From a virus (lineage: Duplodnaviria > Caudoviricetes): a stretch of DNA of 63,201 bases. Where the stretch lies: the IMG/VR virus record IMGVR_UViG_3300022562_002172, positions 1 to 63,201 of that record. The stretch is one strand, 5' to 3'. Under the pieces are notes generated by a model that saw only the letters and a list, made by a program, of their open reading frames with translations, was not told where the DNA came from and ran no database searches. Below are positions 27,339 to 37,168 of this stretch, in pieces. Each line of letters begins with the position of its first letter. Positions within the stretch are counted from its first letter, which is position 1. The position numbers were made by a program, and so were the translations under genes.

Positions 27339-27512
27339 TTACACTCCGCCGTCCCCGTCCTGCCCCTCCCTGGGCTTCACTCGGTCCTTGACCCATTCGG
27401 CGCCCCACTCGACGAGTTTCGCCACTGCGGCGGAAAGCCCGGCGATGATCACCGCCTTCGCTATCTCGCGCCTCTCCTCTTCATCGAACCTCGGGCCCTC
27501 GGGAAGGAACAT
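27339..27512 (-). CDS. Small hypothetical protein (not in ORF track)
   Basis: MFLPEGPRFDEEERREIAK...; GTACATT-N6-ATG. Confidence 0.55.
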   Translation of the reverse strand: MFLPEGPRFDEEERREIAKAVIIAGLSAAVAKLVEWGAEWVKDRVKPREGQDGDGGV

Positions 27513-27533
27513 GCCCGGAATGTACAGGGACGG

Positions 27534-28493
27534 TCAATTCCCGGCGCCAAGGTGCGCCAGGCCGGCGGGCGTCGCCGTCCGGCCGCGCGGAGTCACTTCG
27601 ACGAAGCCGAGGCGCATGAGGCCCGGCTCCACGACCTCCTCCACAACGTCCTGGGACTCTCCGAGGAGGGCCGTCAGGGTCTTCAGGGCGGTCGGGACGC
27701 CACGCTCCGCCAGGATCTGGAGATAGCGGCGGGACGCCTTGTCCAGGCCCGCCCGGTCGATGCCGAGCTGGTCGCAGGTGTAGGCGACGATGTCCCTGTT
27801 CGCGGTCCGGTGGCCGGCCGCGTGCGCGAAGTCCCGGACCCGGCGCAGGATCCGGTTCGCGACGCGCGGAGTGCCGCGGCTGCGCCGGGCTACCTCCGCG
27901 GCGCCGTCCGCGTCGCATGGGACGCCGAGCTTGCGACTCGACTCCATGGCGATTCTGGACAGCTCCTCCACCGTGTAGGGCTGCATCTCGACGGTCACGC
28001 CGAAACGGTCCCGAAGGGGGCGCTGCAGCATTCCGGCGCGAGTTGTGGCGCCGATCAGCGTGAAGGGCTCGAGCCGGATGGTCAGGGCACGGTTACCCGC
28101 GACCACCTCGAGCCGAAGGTCCTCCATCGCGGGGTAGAGGACCTCTTCGATCTTCGCGTTGAGGCTGTGGATCTCGTCGAGGAAGAGGATGTCGCCCCTC
28201 CGAAGCGAGGTCAGGAGCGAGGCGAGCTCGCCCTTGGTCTTGACGCTTGGGGCGTTCACGACGACCAGGCGGGCGCCCATCTCGGCCGCCAGGATCCCAG
28301 CGAGCGTGGTCTTGCCGAGGCCGGGCGGCCCCGCGAGCAGGACGTGGTCGAGCGGCTCCCCGCGGCTCAGGGCTCCCCGGACGTAGACCTGAAGGCTTCG
28401 CTTCGACGTCTCCTGACCGAGGAACTCGGCAAAGGTCTTGGGGCGAAGCGCCCGTTCCTGGTCGGTCTGGACTGCCTGGGTCACGTTCTCCAT
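27534..28493 (-). CDS. ruvB: Holliday junction branch migration ATPase RuvB
   Basis: LRP..F..F.GQ, DHVLLAGPPGLGKTTLA, FLDEIH, FTLIGATTRAG, LRDRFG, RGTPR. Confidence 0.96.
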   Translation of the reverse strand: MENVTQAVQTDQERALRPKTFAEFLGQETSKRSLQVYVRGALSRGEPLDHVLLAGPPGLGKTTLAGILAAEMGARLVVVNAPSVKTKGELASLLTSLRRGDILFLDEIHSLNAKIEEVLYPAMEDLRLEVVAGNRALTIRLEPFTLIGATTRAGMLQRPLRDRFGVTVEMQPYTVEELSRIAMESSRKLGVPCDADGAAEVARRSRGTPRVANRILRRVRDFAHAAGHRTANRDIVAYTCDQLGIDRAGLDKASRRYLQILAERGVPTALKTLTALLGESQDVVEEVVEPGLMRLGFVEVTPRGRTATPAGLAHLGAGN

Positions 28494-28528
28494 ACCCCCG
28501 GGTATGGAGGCGCCGGCGCGACTTTCGG

Positions 28529-28741
28529 TCACCTGTCCACGTTGTGTATGGAGTTCCAGGCGCCCTTCTTCCGGTACTCCTCGTACTGCTTCCGGCGCGA
28601 CTCGTCTCTCGTGTATGTCATGGCGAGACCCAGGACGAGGATTCTGTAGGTCCAAGCGCCACCCTCGAAGAGTTTGACTCCCTCCTCCCACAGGACTCGG
28701 TGCCTGACCTCGTCCGTGACCTCGACGGCCTCCCTAACCAT
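28529..28741 (-). CDS. Small hypothetical protein
   Basis: ORF overlapping the upstream stop. Confidence 0.5.
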   Translation of the reverse strand: MVREAVEVTDEVRHRVLWEEGVKLFEGGAWTYRILVLGLAMTYTRDESRRKQYEEYRKKGAWNSIHNVDR

Positions 28742-29432
28742 CGGACTCGTCCGGGAGGGCCAGAGCCCCCTCTGAACCATCCCCGAGCTCCTTGGTGTCC
28801 CCGCGCTTCACTAGGGCGTCGAGCCCCGCGGCGATCACGGTCTGCGTGGTGAAGGCGTCGACCTCTGCCTTGGCATGGGAAACGACCTTCTGGGCCGACT
28901 CCTCGAAGCACTCAAGGACGAAGGGCATGTTCTGCTCCACCTCCGTGATGAAGCGGGAAAAGGCGGCCGAAATGCTTCTGCGGTCTGCGACCCCGATGCT
29001 GCCCTTCTTGGCGAGGATCTCCTCGACCTCGTCCCTCGTCTTTCGGAGCTTGTCGCCGATCCCCGCGACCCGGTTCCGGAAGGAGGTTCGGACCTTCTCG
29101 GCTTCGAGTTCCTCGTCGGGCGGGCGATCCATCTCTCGGCCATCCAGAAACCGGATGGTGCAGGGGGTCCCGTCCCCGGAATTCATGGTCGTGATCAGGT
29201 CCGCGAACTGCGCAGCAGACAGGTCCAGCTCGACGAGGATAGGGTTCTTGGCGAAGTACCAGTCGTGCGACAGGTTGTGGACGCGCTGCGCCCTCTTCAG
29301 GACGAGCCTGACGAAGGTGTGATGGTCCTTCAGGTGCGATCCGAACAGCCGTCCCGGGTGTCCGGTGATCCGGCTGAACGTGACCATCCCGTAGGACTCG
29401 TGCTCCATGACTTCTTCTTCGTCTCGGCTCAT
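28734..29432 (-). CDS. Conserved-type phage hypothetical protein
   Basis: HESYG...FSR..G...LFGS...LS..QFA.LIT..N.G.G.PCT pattern familiar from phage proteins. Confidence 0.75.
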   Translation of the reverse strand: MSRDEEEVMEHESYGMVTFSRITGHPGRLFGSHLKDHHTFVRLVLKRAQRVHNLSHDWYFAKNPILVELDLSAAQFADLITTMNSGDGTPCTIRFLDGREMDRPPDEELEAEKVRTSFRNRVAGIGDKLRKTRDEVEEILAKKGSIGVADRRSISAAFSRFITEVEQNMPFVLECFEESAQKVVSHAKAEVDAFTTQTVIAAGLDALVKRGDTKELGDGSEGALALPDESDG

Positions 29433-29461
29433 GTCATCCCATACGGCTCAGCTCCCCGGAC

Positions 29462-29968
29462 CTACGCCTCCATCACGTCGTGCACGGTCCTCTCTGCCGC
29501 GATCCTCCGCTTCATTTCCCCTTCGAGGAGGAATCTGGCCGCAAACCAGGAAATCATGCGGACGTCCACTTTCATGTAGTGATTAGGGAGCCCGTCCCTA
29601 ACGTCCAGTTCCACGCCGCGAGTTAGGAATACATGGAACTTCCCGGAGAAGTCTCTATAAATGGCCAGCTCCGGAGTGAAGATGTGTGTCCACTTGTCCT
29701 GCACGGTGGTCAGGAGGTCCAGGTACACAACTCCATTCGAGTTCGCTCTCACCATGAAACCCCATCCGTATGAATAGGACCCGGGGCGCATATCCTTCAC
29801 GAGAGAAGGAGGCCGCTTCAGAACGACCGGCAGCTCGTCCGACCTGAGTCGAATGAGTCTCGAGAGGACCTTCGACATGACGTCGATGGCCTTCCCGAAC
29901 CAGAAATACGTGGACATAAGGGCCAACCCGATCGCGATTCCGACAATCGCGTTTGTTATGGTTGTCAT
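29462..29968 (-). CDS. Membrane-anchored protein with VHDVMEA tail
   Basis: N-terminal TM helix; C-terminal tail motif. Confidence 0.7.
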   Translation of the reverse strand: MTTITNAIVGIAIGLALMSTYFWFGKAIDVMSKVLSRLIRLRSDELPVVLKRPPSLVKDMRPGSYSYGWGFMVRANSNGVVYLDLLTTVQDKWTHIFTPELAIYRDFSGKFHVFLTRGVELDVRDGLPNHYMKVDVRMISWFAARFLLEGEMKRRIAAERTVHDVMEA

Positions 29969-30005
29969 GGGCCTCGTTACGGAACCCGCGTTCGGACTTG
30001 CGCCC

Positions 30006-30623
30006 TCAGCCGACGACCTTGAGCTTCGGACGCTCCTTCTTCGCGATCTCGGACCACTGGTCCACCATCGCAGCCAGGAGTTCTCCTCGCGTCATGTCGT
30101 CGCCTTCGTCGAATTTCTTACGGGCGAGATCGATCGCCTTGTTGATGTCGCGCTGCTCTTGTTTTGTCACACCGAAGGCCATGTGAATGCCGCGTTGATC
30201 TCCGAGCAGCTCGTCCCTCATGTGGCAGCAGGTCTTACTCTTGGCCCACTTGATCTTTGACTGCACGTTCCCTCTGGTCAGTCCAGACCACGCAGCCAGG
30301 ATCGCCATCTTCGTGACCGGAAGCGGATTCCCTGAGTCCCAGGCCCCGGCCATGTCCTCACCGAAGATTCTCCCGATCTTCCGGTAGATATTCGCCGTCT
30401 GCTCATGAACCCCAACCTCCACCTCCACGAAGTCGTACCAGGTCTCGTACCCCCACGTCTGGTATACGAACACCGGGTCGTCCCCGATGTAGACGACGCT
30501 CCGGTCGCACTCATACAGGAGCCAGCACAGGTCGAAGTCTGCCTTCGCGCCCGCCTCGACGGCGCTCCTCACCTTGTCCAAAAGCGCCGAAGCCTTCTTC
30601 TCCGTCAGTCTTGTCTGTTCCAC
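30006..30623 (-). CDS. Hypothetical protein
   Basis: GTG with AAGGAG SD; WGYETWYDFVEVE. Confidence 0.7.
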   Translation of the reverse strand: MEQTRLTEKKASALLDKVRSAVEAGAKADFDLCWLLYECDRSVVYIGDDPVFVYQTWGYETWYDFVEVEVGVHEQTANIYRKIGRIFGEDMAGAWDSGNPLPVTKMAILAAWSGLTRGNVQSKIKWAKSKTCCHMRDELLGDQRGIHMAFGVTKQEQRDINKAIDLARKKFDEGDDMTRGELLAAMVDQWSEIAKKERPKLKVVG

Positions 30624-30661
30624 TGCGTTTGTCTCCTTCGTATCCCGGCGTGGCCGGCGTG

Positions 30662-31234
30662 TCAGTAGTCCAGGTCGCTCCTCCTTCGAGGAGGGTCCAT
30701 CCCGTTTCGCTTGAGGATCTCGAGATTGACGGGGGAGAAGGCGAATTGGGAGAACAGGCGCCAGGCCAGCTCCCTCTGCTCCTCTCGCGTTCCGGCCGGC
30801 CACGCCGTGAGGCCTCCCGGATGAGGGATGTGTCGGTCCGTCAGACACAGGCGAAACTCCGGCGTCTCCTCGACGCCGACGGCGACCCTCTCCGGCTCCT
30901 CGTACACAGCCAGGCTGTATCCGAAGCCGAACGATCCGGACCCCATCGTTGTGACGAGGTGGTGGTCTTGAATGAGGCGGAACACCCTGTCCAGCTCTTC
31001 CTGCGTTAGGAAGATGCGGTCCCCCTCCACCCTGTGCCGGTGCCCGAACCTGTCCGGGTCCGTCTCACGCCAGATCTGATGGTCGAGGGTTTCCAGCCAG
31101 GCCCTGTCTTCGGACCCGAGCTGAGTCGGGGCACCGGCATACGTGGCCGGGTCGGCCGGCCTTTCGTACTCCGCAGCGGCCCTCGTCCGCTTCTCTTTTT
31201 CCTCTGCGCTCACGGGCGGGTCCCATAGTCCCAT
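30662..31234 (-). CDS. Hypothetical protein
   Basis: GTACTCT-N7-ATG start. Confidence 0.65.
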   Translation of the reverse strand: MGLWDPPVSAEEKEKRTRAAAEYERPADPATYAGAPTQLGSEDRAWLETLDHQIWRETDPDRFGHRHRVEGDRIFLTQEELDRVFRLIQDHHLVTTMGSGSFGFGYSLAVYEEPERVAVGVEETPEFRLCLTDRHIPHPGGLTAWPAGTREEQRELAWRLFSQFAFSPVNLEILKRNGMDPPRRRSDLDY

Positions 31235-31357
31235 GGACCAGAGAGTACAGCACGGCCCTAAGCCGAGCCACAATCGCCGAAGCGAACAGGTCGGGCTGAG
31301 TCAGGACGGCGAGGACGGCCATCGGGATGTCGTGTAGCCAGTTCCCGCAGAAGTGCA

Positions 31358-31681
31358 TCACGCCTCCCCCGGCTTCGCCTTCTTGCCGAAGATCGTGTCC
31401 CATCCGTCCCTGTAGGCCCTGTTGTTCACCATTGCTGGGCCGGAGGAAGGGTCCGCCTCCTCGAGAGGTAGGACGTCGTACCCGAGCCCGTTCTCCCGCG
31501 GACGCATCTGGACGATCTCTCCGTAGATCGGCTTCCCGTCTTCGAGCGGCTTGAGCACCCCGGTCTCCAGGCTGTGATCGGATTTGTGCCTCAGGACGTG
31601 CACCCCGCCTCCCGGGGCCGGCGGCCCGAGAAACGCGACGTCAGATCCGTCGCATCGGTCGTCCTTCTTGTCGTCCTTCAT
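31358..31681 (-). CDS. Hypothetical protein
   Basis: ORF ending GPAMVNNRAYRDGWDTIFGK. Confidence 0.65.
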   Translation of the reverse strand: MKDDKKDDRCDGSDVAFLGPPAPGGGVHVLRHKSDHSLETGVLKPLEDGKPIYGEIVQMRPRENGLGYDVLPLEEADPSSGPAMVNNRAYRDGWDTIFGKKAKPGEA

Positions 31682-31689
31682 GTTTCCGC

Positions 31690-33024
31690 CTACTCCGGGA
31701 AATCCGACATCTGCGCCGGCGGCCGCAGAGACGAAGTCTTCAGCTCCTGTCCGACCCCCAACACCTCGGCCTTGATCCCGTCAGTCCTGCCAAGGAGGTC
31801 AAAATTCCTCTCTATGAACGAGACAACCTTTCCAGGGTCCGCGTCCTTGGAGAAAGCAACGGTAGGTCCGTGACCCCTCAGCATGACGGCGGTCGACTCG
31901 CCGAATCGCTTCATCCCGGAGCTTACGTTCGCGCCGCTTTCGTGGGATCCGCACTCAAACGGCCACTGCTCCCGGACTGGTATCGAGTCCGGACGGTCCG
32001 GACGGAGCGGACAGTGGAAGTGGATCACGCAGTCCACACCCTCGTGGTCCCTGAACACGGAGATCTGGTCCTGGATCTCGAAGGACGGTTTCCTTCCGTA
32101 CGCTGTCACGGCCCTATCCTCCCCGAACTCGCATCTCGTCAGCCCCTCCTCGTCGATCTTCCTCACGTCAGCCCATCGTGCCGTCGTCAAGATCGACCTA
32201 TCACCTTCCCTGACGGACACGTACCCTGGGGTAGTGTCGAGAACGGCTTTGTAGGCCCCACGGCTCACGCAGTGCTCCAGGACGGCCCTGAGTGCCTCCG
32301 GGACCACCTCGGACGCCCACGGGACGTCCGGGCCCACGGGCGTTGTCGTTCTCGTAAAAGTGAGGCGGGACCTGGAGGACACCATCGTCGTGAGCCTCTC
32401 TAGGACCTCATCCTTGTCCAGGGATGTGTGGTACCTGACTTGCTCCGGGGCCACAATCATGTTTATGCGCGTGTGCATGTCGTTCGTCATGACGAGGTTG
32501 CAGGACGCCGACCTCAAGAATCTGTATCCAGCGACGAACTGTTCGTCCTCCGACGCCCCGGCCGTGGTCCGGAATCCGATCAGGTACAGGTCCTTTCGGT
32601 AGTGGCGGACGCCCGGGATGATCTTTTCGGACGGGTCCAGGGACGCTATGTGGCGCCCGTCCCCGGACCTTAGCATGGGCTCCAGCTTCCCGCTGTCGGT
32701 CGGGACCGACCCTTTTGCGAGGACTTTCGCCGTGAAGTCGACAAGGGAAACGGGGAGGAAGAGGACCTTCACGTCCGGATCGGCCACGATCCGGACGAGA
32801 AGCCGTCGGACGTCCTCGTTCGTCTCCAGGTCCCCGGTCCCGGAGTTGGCCATCCTCGTCAGATGCAGGTGAACGTTGTCCTCGCCCCAAACGGGGGCGC
32901 ACAGGTCCTTCAGGCGGCGGGCCGTCCGTCCGTACGCGACCGAGGACAGGGATAGGTGCGGCCTCACATGGAAAACGGTCCCTCCTCCTACTATGTGGAC
33001 CTGGGGTCCCAGTCCGTTTTCCAT
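31690..33024 (-). CDS. CoaB/DFP-like domain fused to class II aldolase/adducin-like domain
   Basis: N: IVGGGT, SLVDF, LIGF.TT, CNLVMTND; C: ILTT.R, KPS, VIHFHCP, LRGHG. Confidence 0.65.
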   Translation of the reverse strand: MENGLGPQVHIVGGGTVFHVRPHLSLSSVAYGRTARRLKDLCAPVWGEDNVHLHLTRMANSGTGDLETNEDVRRLLVRIVADPDVKVLFLPVSLVDFTAKVLAKGSVPTDSGKLEPMLRSGDGRHIASLDPSEKIIPGVRHYRKDLYLIGFRTTAGASEDEQFVAGYRFLRSASCNLVMTNDMHTRINMIVAPEQVRYHTSLDKDEVLERLTTMVSSRSRLTFTRTTTPVGPDVPWASEVVPEALRAVLEHCVSRGAYKAVLDTTPGYVSVREGDRSILTTARWADVRKIDEEGLTRCEFGEDRAVTAYGRKPSFEIQDQISVFRDHEGVDCVIHFHCPLRPDRPDSIPVREQWPFECGSHESGANVSSGMKRFGESTAVMLRGHGPTVAFSKDADPGKVVSFIERNFDLLGRTDGIKAEVLGVGQELKTSSLRPPAQMSDFPE

Positions 33025-33042
33025 ACTCGGCCTCTGAGGAAG

Positions 33043-33372
33043 TTACACCCCCGTGGTCTGGCCTAGGTCCGGATCCGCTGGCCCGTCGTCCAAGTCGACG
33101 TTGTCCATGGCGACGCTCAGCCACCTTCGATATATCGCGGCGCGTCGGACCAAGGATTGGGCCCTCGTCATGAGGGATGCCTGATTGCCTTCCTCGAGGG
33201 CGTGGACGATCTCCTTCGGCTCCACCCGCTTTGACGCTTCCTCCGCGAGAACTCTGCCTAGGGCACAGTCCTGGTTCTCCAGCATGCTCAGGACGTCCTC
33301 CCTGCCTTCGAACTCTTTCCGAACGTCCGTCGCGAAGTCCTTCGGATAGGAAATCCTCATGTCCCCGATCAT
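33043..33372 (-). CDS. Hypothetical protein
   Basis: ATGA overlap; MRISYPKDF. Confidence 0.6.
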   Translation of the reverse strand: MIGDMRISYPKDFATDVRKEFEGREDVLSMLENQDCALGRVLAEEASKRVEPKEIVHALEEGNQASLMTRAQSLVRRAAIYRRWLSVAMDNVDLDDGPADPDLGQTTGV

Positions 33373-33722
33373 CCAGCGGGGCGTCCCCTCTTGCCCCTTT
33401 CGATCCTGCGCGCGGCCGCTGCGGACAGGATGCGGTCCATCTCCCTGACGGCGGCGGCCAGACCGGACCTGGAGCCGGAGGTGGCGGCTACCACCTCGGC
33501 GCTGACCACGTCGTAAGTGCCGGGCTCGACAAGTCCGTCCGCCTCGGCGCCTGATAGCCCCGCCAGCCCGTCTTTCGCCAGACCGATGAGGGTATTTAGC
33601 CCGCCGAGGGCGTCCCAGGCATCGGCGGAGCCGGTTGTTCCGGCAGAGTCGATGGGACAGGCGGTCCTGATGATCCTGTGGGCAGCTGCCGCCAGGTTTA
33701 CGTCTCCCATCAAGGGGGACAT
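33369..33722 (-). CDS. Hypothetical protein
   Basis: 117-aa Ala-rich ORF. Confidence 0.55.
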   Translation of the reverse strand: MSPLMGDVNLAAAAHRIIRTACPIDSAGTTGSADAWDALGGLNTLIGLAKDGLAGLSGAEADGLVEPGTYDVVSAEVVAATSGSRSGLAAAVREMDRILSAAAARRIERGKRGRPAG

Positions 33723-33734
33723 TCGACAAAGGCC

Positions 33735-34892
33735 CTATTCCGAACCGGAGTGTTCGAGGACGAGGCGGGACCTGTCCTTCAGCTTCTTCAGGGCCCTGGC
33801 CTCTAGCTGCCGAATCCTCTCCCTGGACAGGTCGTACTTATCGGCTATCTGCTGGAGCGTGAGGGGCTCTGACCCGCCGAGGGCGAACCTCCACCGGATG
33901 ATCCTCGACTCGATGGGTGTCAGGACGGTCAGGAGGACATCCAGGTCGTTGGATAGCTCCTTCTTCCAGAGCTCCTCCGACGGGCTTTCCGCGGACGGGT
34001 CCGGGAGGAAAGAAACGAAGGGCTGGGCCTCATCCAGCTCGGTGACGGGGGCGTCCAGAGAAAAGGAGTGCTTCATCCTGGCTTGCCTGATCAATCTGAC
34101 CTTGTCCTCGGTGATCCCGAGGGCCTCCGCCGCCTCTTTGTCGTCCAGCTTCTCCCCGGTTTTGGCGAAGTGGACCCTCTCCAGCCGGACCAGCTTCGAG
34201 GAGGCCTCGGACATGTGAACCGGTATGCGGACGATCCTGTCCAAGTCCGCGAGGCCCCTCTTCATGGCCTGACGGATCCACCAGACGGCGTACGTTGAGA
34301 AACGGACGTCTCGCCCGCGGTCGAACTTCTCGACCGCCCGCATGAGGCCCATGTTCCCCTCCTGTATCAAGTCCGAGGACGTCATGCTGGTCCCGTGCGT
34401 CGAATAACGGTGGGCGAACATGACAACGAGCCGTAGGTTCGCCACCACTATCCGGTTCTTCTTGGAGCTCACCGAGCTCGCTGCCAACCTGACCCGTGCG
34501 GACCACCTCCTTCCCGCCGGGTCCTCCTGGGCCTCGGAGAGGGAAGACACCTCGTCGGCCGTCACGTCCATGACTTTGGCCACGGCCCTCGCCCCGACGA
34601 CAGACGCGACGAGGGACTCGAGGCTCCTTCTGTCTCCGGGCTTGAAGGCCGCGAACGCGGCCTTCATTTGCTCGAAGGCCGGGCTCTCATCGTTCCCGGA
34701 CGCGACGGCCGACGCGGACATCACGGCCGACGGCCTTGAGAACAGCTCAAGGAGGAGCTTCGTCTCCGCCCTCTCGAGGGCCATGAACGCGGACTCTTCT
34801 TCCTCCCTGGAGAGAAGGGAGAACGCAGCCATCTCCTTGAAGTAACCGGAGAGCCTCACTCCGGCATGGTTATTTCTTGCTCTGTGACTCAT
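33735..34892 (-). CDS. Group 1/2 sigma-70 factor (RpoD/RpoS-like)
   Basis: LLSREEE, ANLRLVV, DLIQEGNMGLMRAVEKFD, FSTYAVWWIRQ, RIPVH, SRERIRQLE. Confidence 0.95.
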   Translation of the reverse strand: MSHRARNNHAGVRLSGYFKEMAAFSLLSREEEESAFMALERAETKLLLELFSRPSAVMSASAVASGNDESPAFEQMKAAFAAFKPGDRRSLESLVASVVGARAVAKVMDVTADEVSSLSEAQEDPAGRRWSARVRLAASSVSSKKNRIVVANLRLVVMFAHRYSTHGTSMTSSDLIQEGNMGLMRAVEKFDRGRDVRFSTYAVWWIRQAMKRGLADLDRIVRIPVHMSEASSKLVRLERVHFAKTGEKLDDKEAAEALGITEDKVRLIRQARMKHSFSLDAPVTELDEAQPFVSFLPDPSAESPSEELWKKELSNDLDVLLTVLTPIESRIIRWRFALGGSEPLTLQQIADKYDLSRERIRQLEARALKKLKDRSRLVLEHSGSE

Positions 34893-35056
34893 CTGGACGT
34901 TATCGCTACGATGACGACGAGAGCCAATAGGACGATCAAGATGATAGCGTAATCCGATGGGCGGGCAGAGCCCTCGGCCCTCCCGAACACGCGGTTCGCT
35001 TCGGCCAGGGCGTCCCGGTGCCGCCTTCGTTCTGCCGCACCGGGGTTGCGCCTCAA
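34889..35056 (-). CDS. Small membrane peptide (not in ORF track)
   Basis: TTGA and ATGA overlaps; DYAIILIVLLALVVIVAI TM helix. Confidence 0.5.
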   Translation of the reverse strand: MRRNPGAAERRRHRDALAEANRVFGRAEGSARPSDYAIILIVLLALVVIVAITSR

Positions 35057-35442
35057 GGGCCGGCCGCCCCCCGCAACATCCGGAGGCGCTCCCCGAGCCT
35101 CGAGCCCGGGTGGATCTCCGCCACGGCCTCGAGGTTAGTCCCGTGTTCCTTCATCTGCTCGATCTCGATGCTGCATGGCTCTTGCCCCTGCCCGAGAATC
35201 AAGTACGCCCGCTCCGGGTCGTCCGGATCCGGCAGAACTTCCTGGACGTCCGGAAGCCCGGACTTCCTGATCCTCCTCTGCAGCTCTTCCGTCATCTTCG
35301 CTCTATCCCCGTTACGGAACTCGAACTTCTCCTTACGCCCGAGCTCCGAAGGCACGACCTCCGCCATGTAAACGCCAAACCCGAAGGACCTGATCAGGAG
35401 ATGCTTCCTGGAAGAAATACCCGCCACATCGACACGATACAC
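35053..35442 (-). CDS. Hypothetical protein
   Basis: 3' part of ORF 35053-35691; GTG start inferred. Confidence 0.5.
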   Translation of the reverse strand: MYRVDVAGISSRKHLLIRSFGFGVYMAEVVPSELGRKEKFEFRNGDRAKMTEELQRRIRKSGLPDVQEVLPDPDDPERAYLILGQGQEPCSIEIEQMKEHGTNLEAVAEIHPGSRLGERLRMLRGAAGP

Positions 35443-35464
35443 GCCCGGCTGTACCGTGTCGACG

Positions 35465-35908
35465 ATGCAACAGAAGGGGACGCCGGGGGCCGGGTCGCTA
35501 GGGGCACTACACGAGATCGTGAAGAACATGCTCCGGGAGTCCGTCAAGAAGCTCTCCGGGGACGGCCCTCCGGTCCCCGAGTCCGAGGTTGACTCCCTCA
35601 CCCAGCTCTGCATGATGGGAGTGTCCGTAACGGGGACGGAAAATCCGAGGGAGTTCCTCCGCGGCGTGTCGGACAGGCTCCTCGAGTACATCGTTCAGAA
35701 CCGCGAGGAGATCAAGAAGAACCCGGTGATAGGGAAGATACACCAGTTCTTCCTCATCGAGTGGTGCTACCGAAACGGGCACCTGGACGGGGACTGGGCC
35801 TGGAAGTGGAAAAACCCGAGGGAGGGAGACCTGTTCTATAAGCCGAAGGTCCCGCTGGACCGAGTCAGGTTCCCCGACGCGGCTGTCCCAAATCCGTCAG
35901 AAGCTTGA
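35465..35908 (+). CDS. Hypothetical protein
   Basis: GTACCGT-N7-ATG. Confidence 0.65.
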   Translation: MQQKGTPGAGSLGALHEIVKNMLRESVKKLSGDGPPVPESEVDSLTQLCMMGVSVTGTENPREFLRGVSDRLLEYIVQNREEIKKNPVIGKIHQFFLIEWCYRNGHLDGDWAWKWKNPREGDLFYKPKVPLDRVRFPDAAVPNPSEA

Positions 35909-36365
35909 GGAACCACGGGTTCGACAGGGCGCCCTCCCCTCGGGCGGACCGGATCGTCCGGATCGCCTCCGCCGGGTTCATGGCGGTTGGTCCCCGGCAG
36001 AGGGCCAGGCCGGACACGAGGCCGGACCGGTTTCTGCCGGCAAAGCAGGTTACCAGGACACGAAGGTCCTGCTCGAGCCACTTGATCACCTGCGTCGCCG
36101 CACGGACGGCCTCGTAGGCCTCCTCCCGCCGCATCGGCGTCCCGTCGTCGTTCAGGTGAGCCTGGATGACCTGGACGCCGGGAAAGCACTCCGGGACCTG
36201 ATACTCCATCGCGCAGAGAGCGAGGCAATCGAAGTGGCTGGCGAGGCGCCAGCCGGGCGGGGGCCAGCCTCCCATCCAGAGGTTTCCGTGGACCTGGCTG
36301 GCCGTGGCCGGAATGACCGGATAGGTCAGATTTGTCTCGAGCTCCATGTACACGTCCGCCTTCAT
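35865..36365 (-). CDS. Dual-specificity / tyrosine phosphatase family
   Basis: NLWMG, DD loop, VLVTCFAGRNRS (CX5R), AIRTIRSAR. Confidence 0.88.
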   Translation of the reverse strand: MKADVYMELETNLTYPVIPATASQVHGNLWMGGWPPPGWRLASHFDCLALCAMEYQVPECFPGVQVIQAHLNDDGTPMRREEAYEAVRAATQVIKWLEQDLRVLVTCFAGRNRSGLVSGLALCRGPTAMNPAEAIRTIRSARGEGALSNPWFLKLLTDLGQPRRGT

Positions 36366-36402
36366 GGGAGGGCCAACGGCTCCTCCCGAATGACAGCGAC
36401 TC

Positions 36403-36948
36403 TCACAGCAGGTGTTCCGCCCGGAGGCTTTCACGAACAGCCATGACAATTCTTCCGAGCTTGTTCTGCCCGGCCCGGGTCGCGCCCCACCCCCAGTATC
36501 CGTCCCCCATCGACGCTTCCGCTATCGGCACGTCCCCGCTCCCGAGAAGGGCTTCGCGCAGGTCCCGGTGGCGCCTGAACTTCGCCAGGCAGACTTCGTA
36601 CATGACGACGTCTTTCGTCTTTGCGAACAGGGGCTCCGCGTCCTGGGACCTGCGTATTCCGTCGTCTGGTTGCCGGACGTGCTTCACTCTGACGGCCATG
36701 TCTTCTGGAGGCAGAAGGTCCCAATCGCCACGGATGGGCTTCGTGTTGTCCCTACCGGCTTCTGCAGCCTTCCTGGGCGTGATCTGGCCGTGGACCCAGT
36801 CCACCAGGTCCGGACGGTGAGGGTGGAACTTCATGGCCTGGAACGCGTGCTCGCTCGTCATCCAGTCCCGTCCGTATACGCGGACCGTGTGCCGGCTGAA
36901 GTTCGAGAGGAAGCCCCATGGGTCCCTCGGGTCGTAGAAGGTGATCAT
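36403..36948 (-). CDS. NADAR family protein (YbiA-like)
   Basis: FLSNF, TSEHAFQAMKF, AKF..H..L...LL, EAS..D.YWG, GQNKLG..MAVR. Confidence 0.9.
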   Translation of the reverse strand: MITFYDPRDPWGFLSNFSRHTVRVYGRDWMTSEHAFQAMKFHPHRPDLVDWVHGQITPRKAAEAGRDNTKPIRGDWDLLPPEDMAVRVKHVRQPDDGIRRSQDAEPLFAKTKDVVMYEVCLAKFRRHRDLREALLGSGDVPIAEASMGDGYWGWGATRAGQNKLGRIVMAVRESLRAEHLL

Positions 36949-36949
36949 G

Positions 36950-37168
36950 TCAGTTCATCGCGGCGAGCCGCGTCACGGAGCAGGTACGTCCGTGACAGGA
37001 CGTCCCTCCACACTCCGGGCACGGGGCTGCCTGGGCCGAAGGCCGGGCTTTCACCTCAGGGGCGCTGAACCCGCATGCACCGCACACCCCGCAGTCGTCG
37101 CAGAAGCGGTTGAGGCGACAGAGGGGGCACTCCCTGCCCGAGCGGTGCTTTAGTATTCTGGTTTCCAT
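36950..37168 (-). CDS. Small Cys-rich protein
   Basis: CPLC, CDDC, CGAC, CPEC. Confidence 0.6.
   Translation of the reverse strand: METRILKHRSGRECPLCRLNRFCDDCGVCGACGFSAPEVKARPSAQAAPCPECGGTSCHGRTCSVTRLAAMN

Noticed and set aside
34889-35056. Flp pilin
   Set aside because: Has a TM helix after DY but lacks the exact G-x4-EY motif and any tad genes
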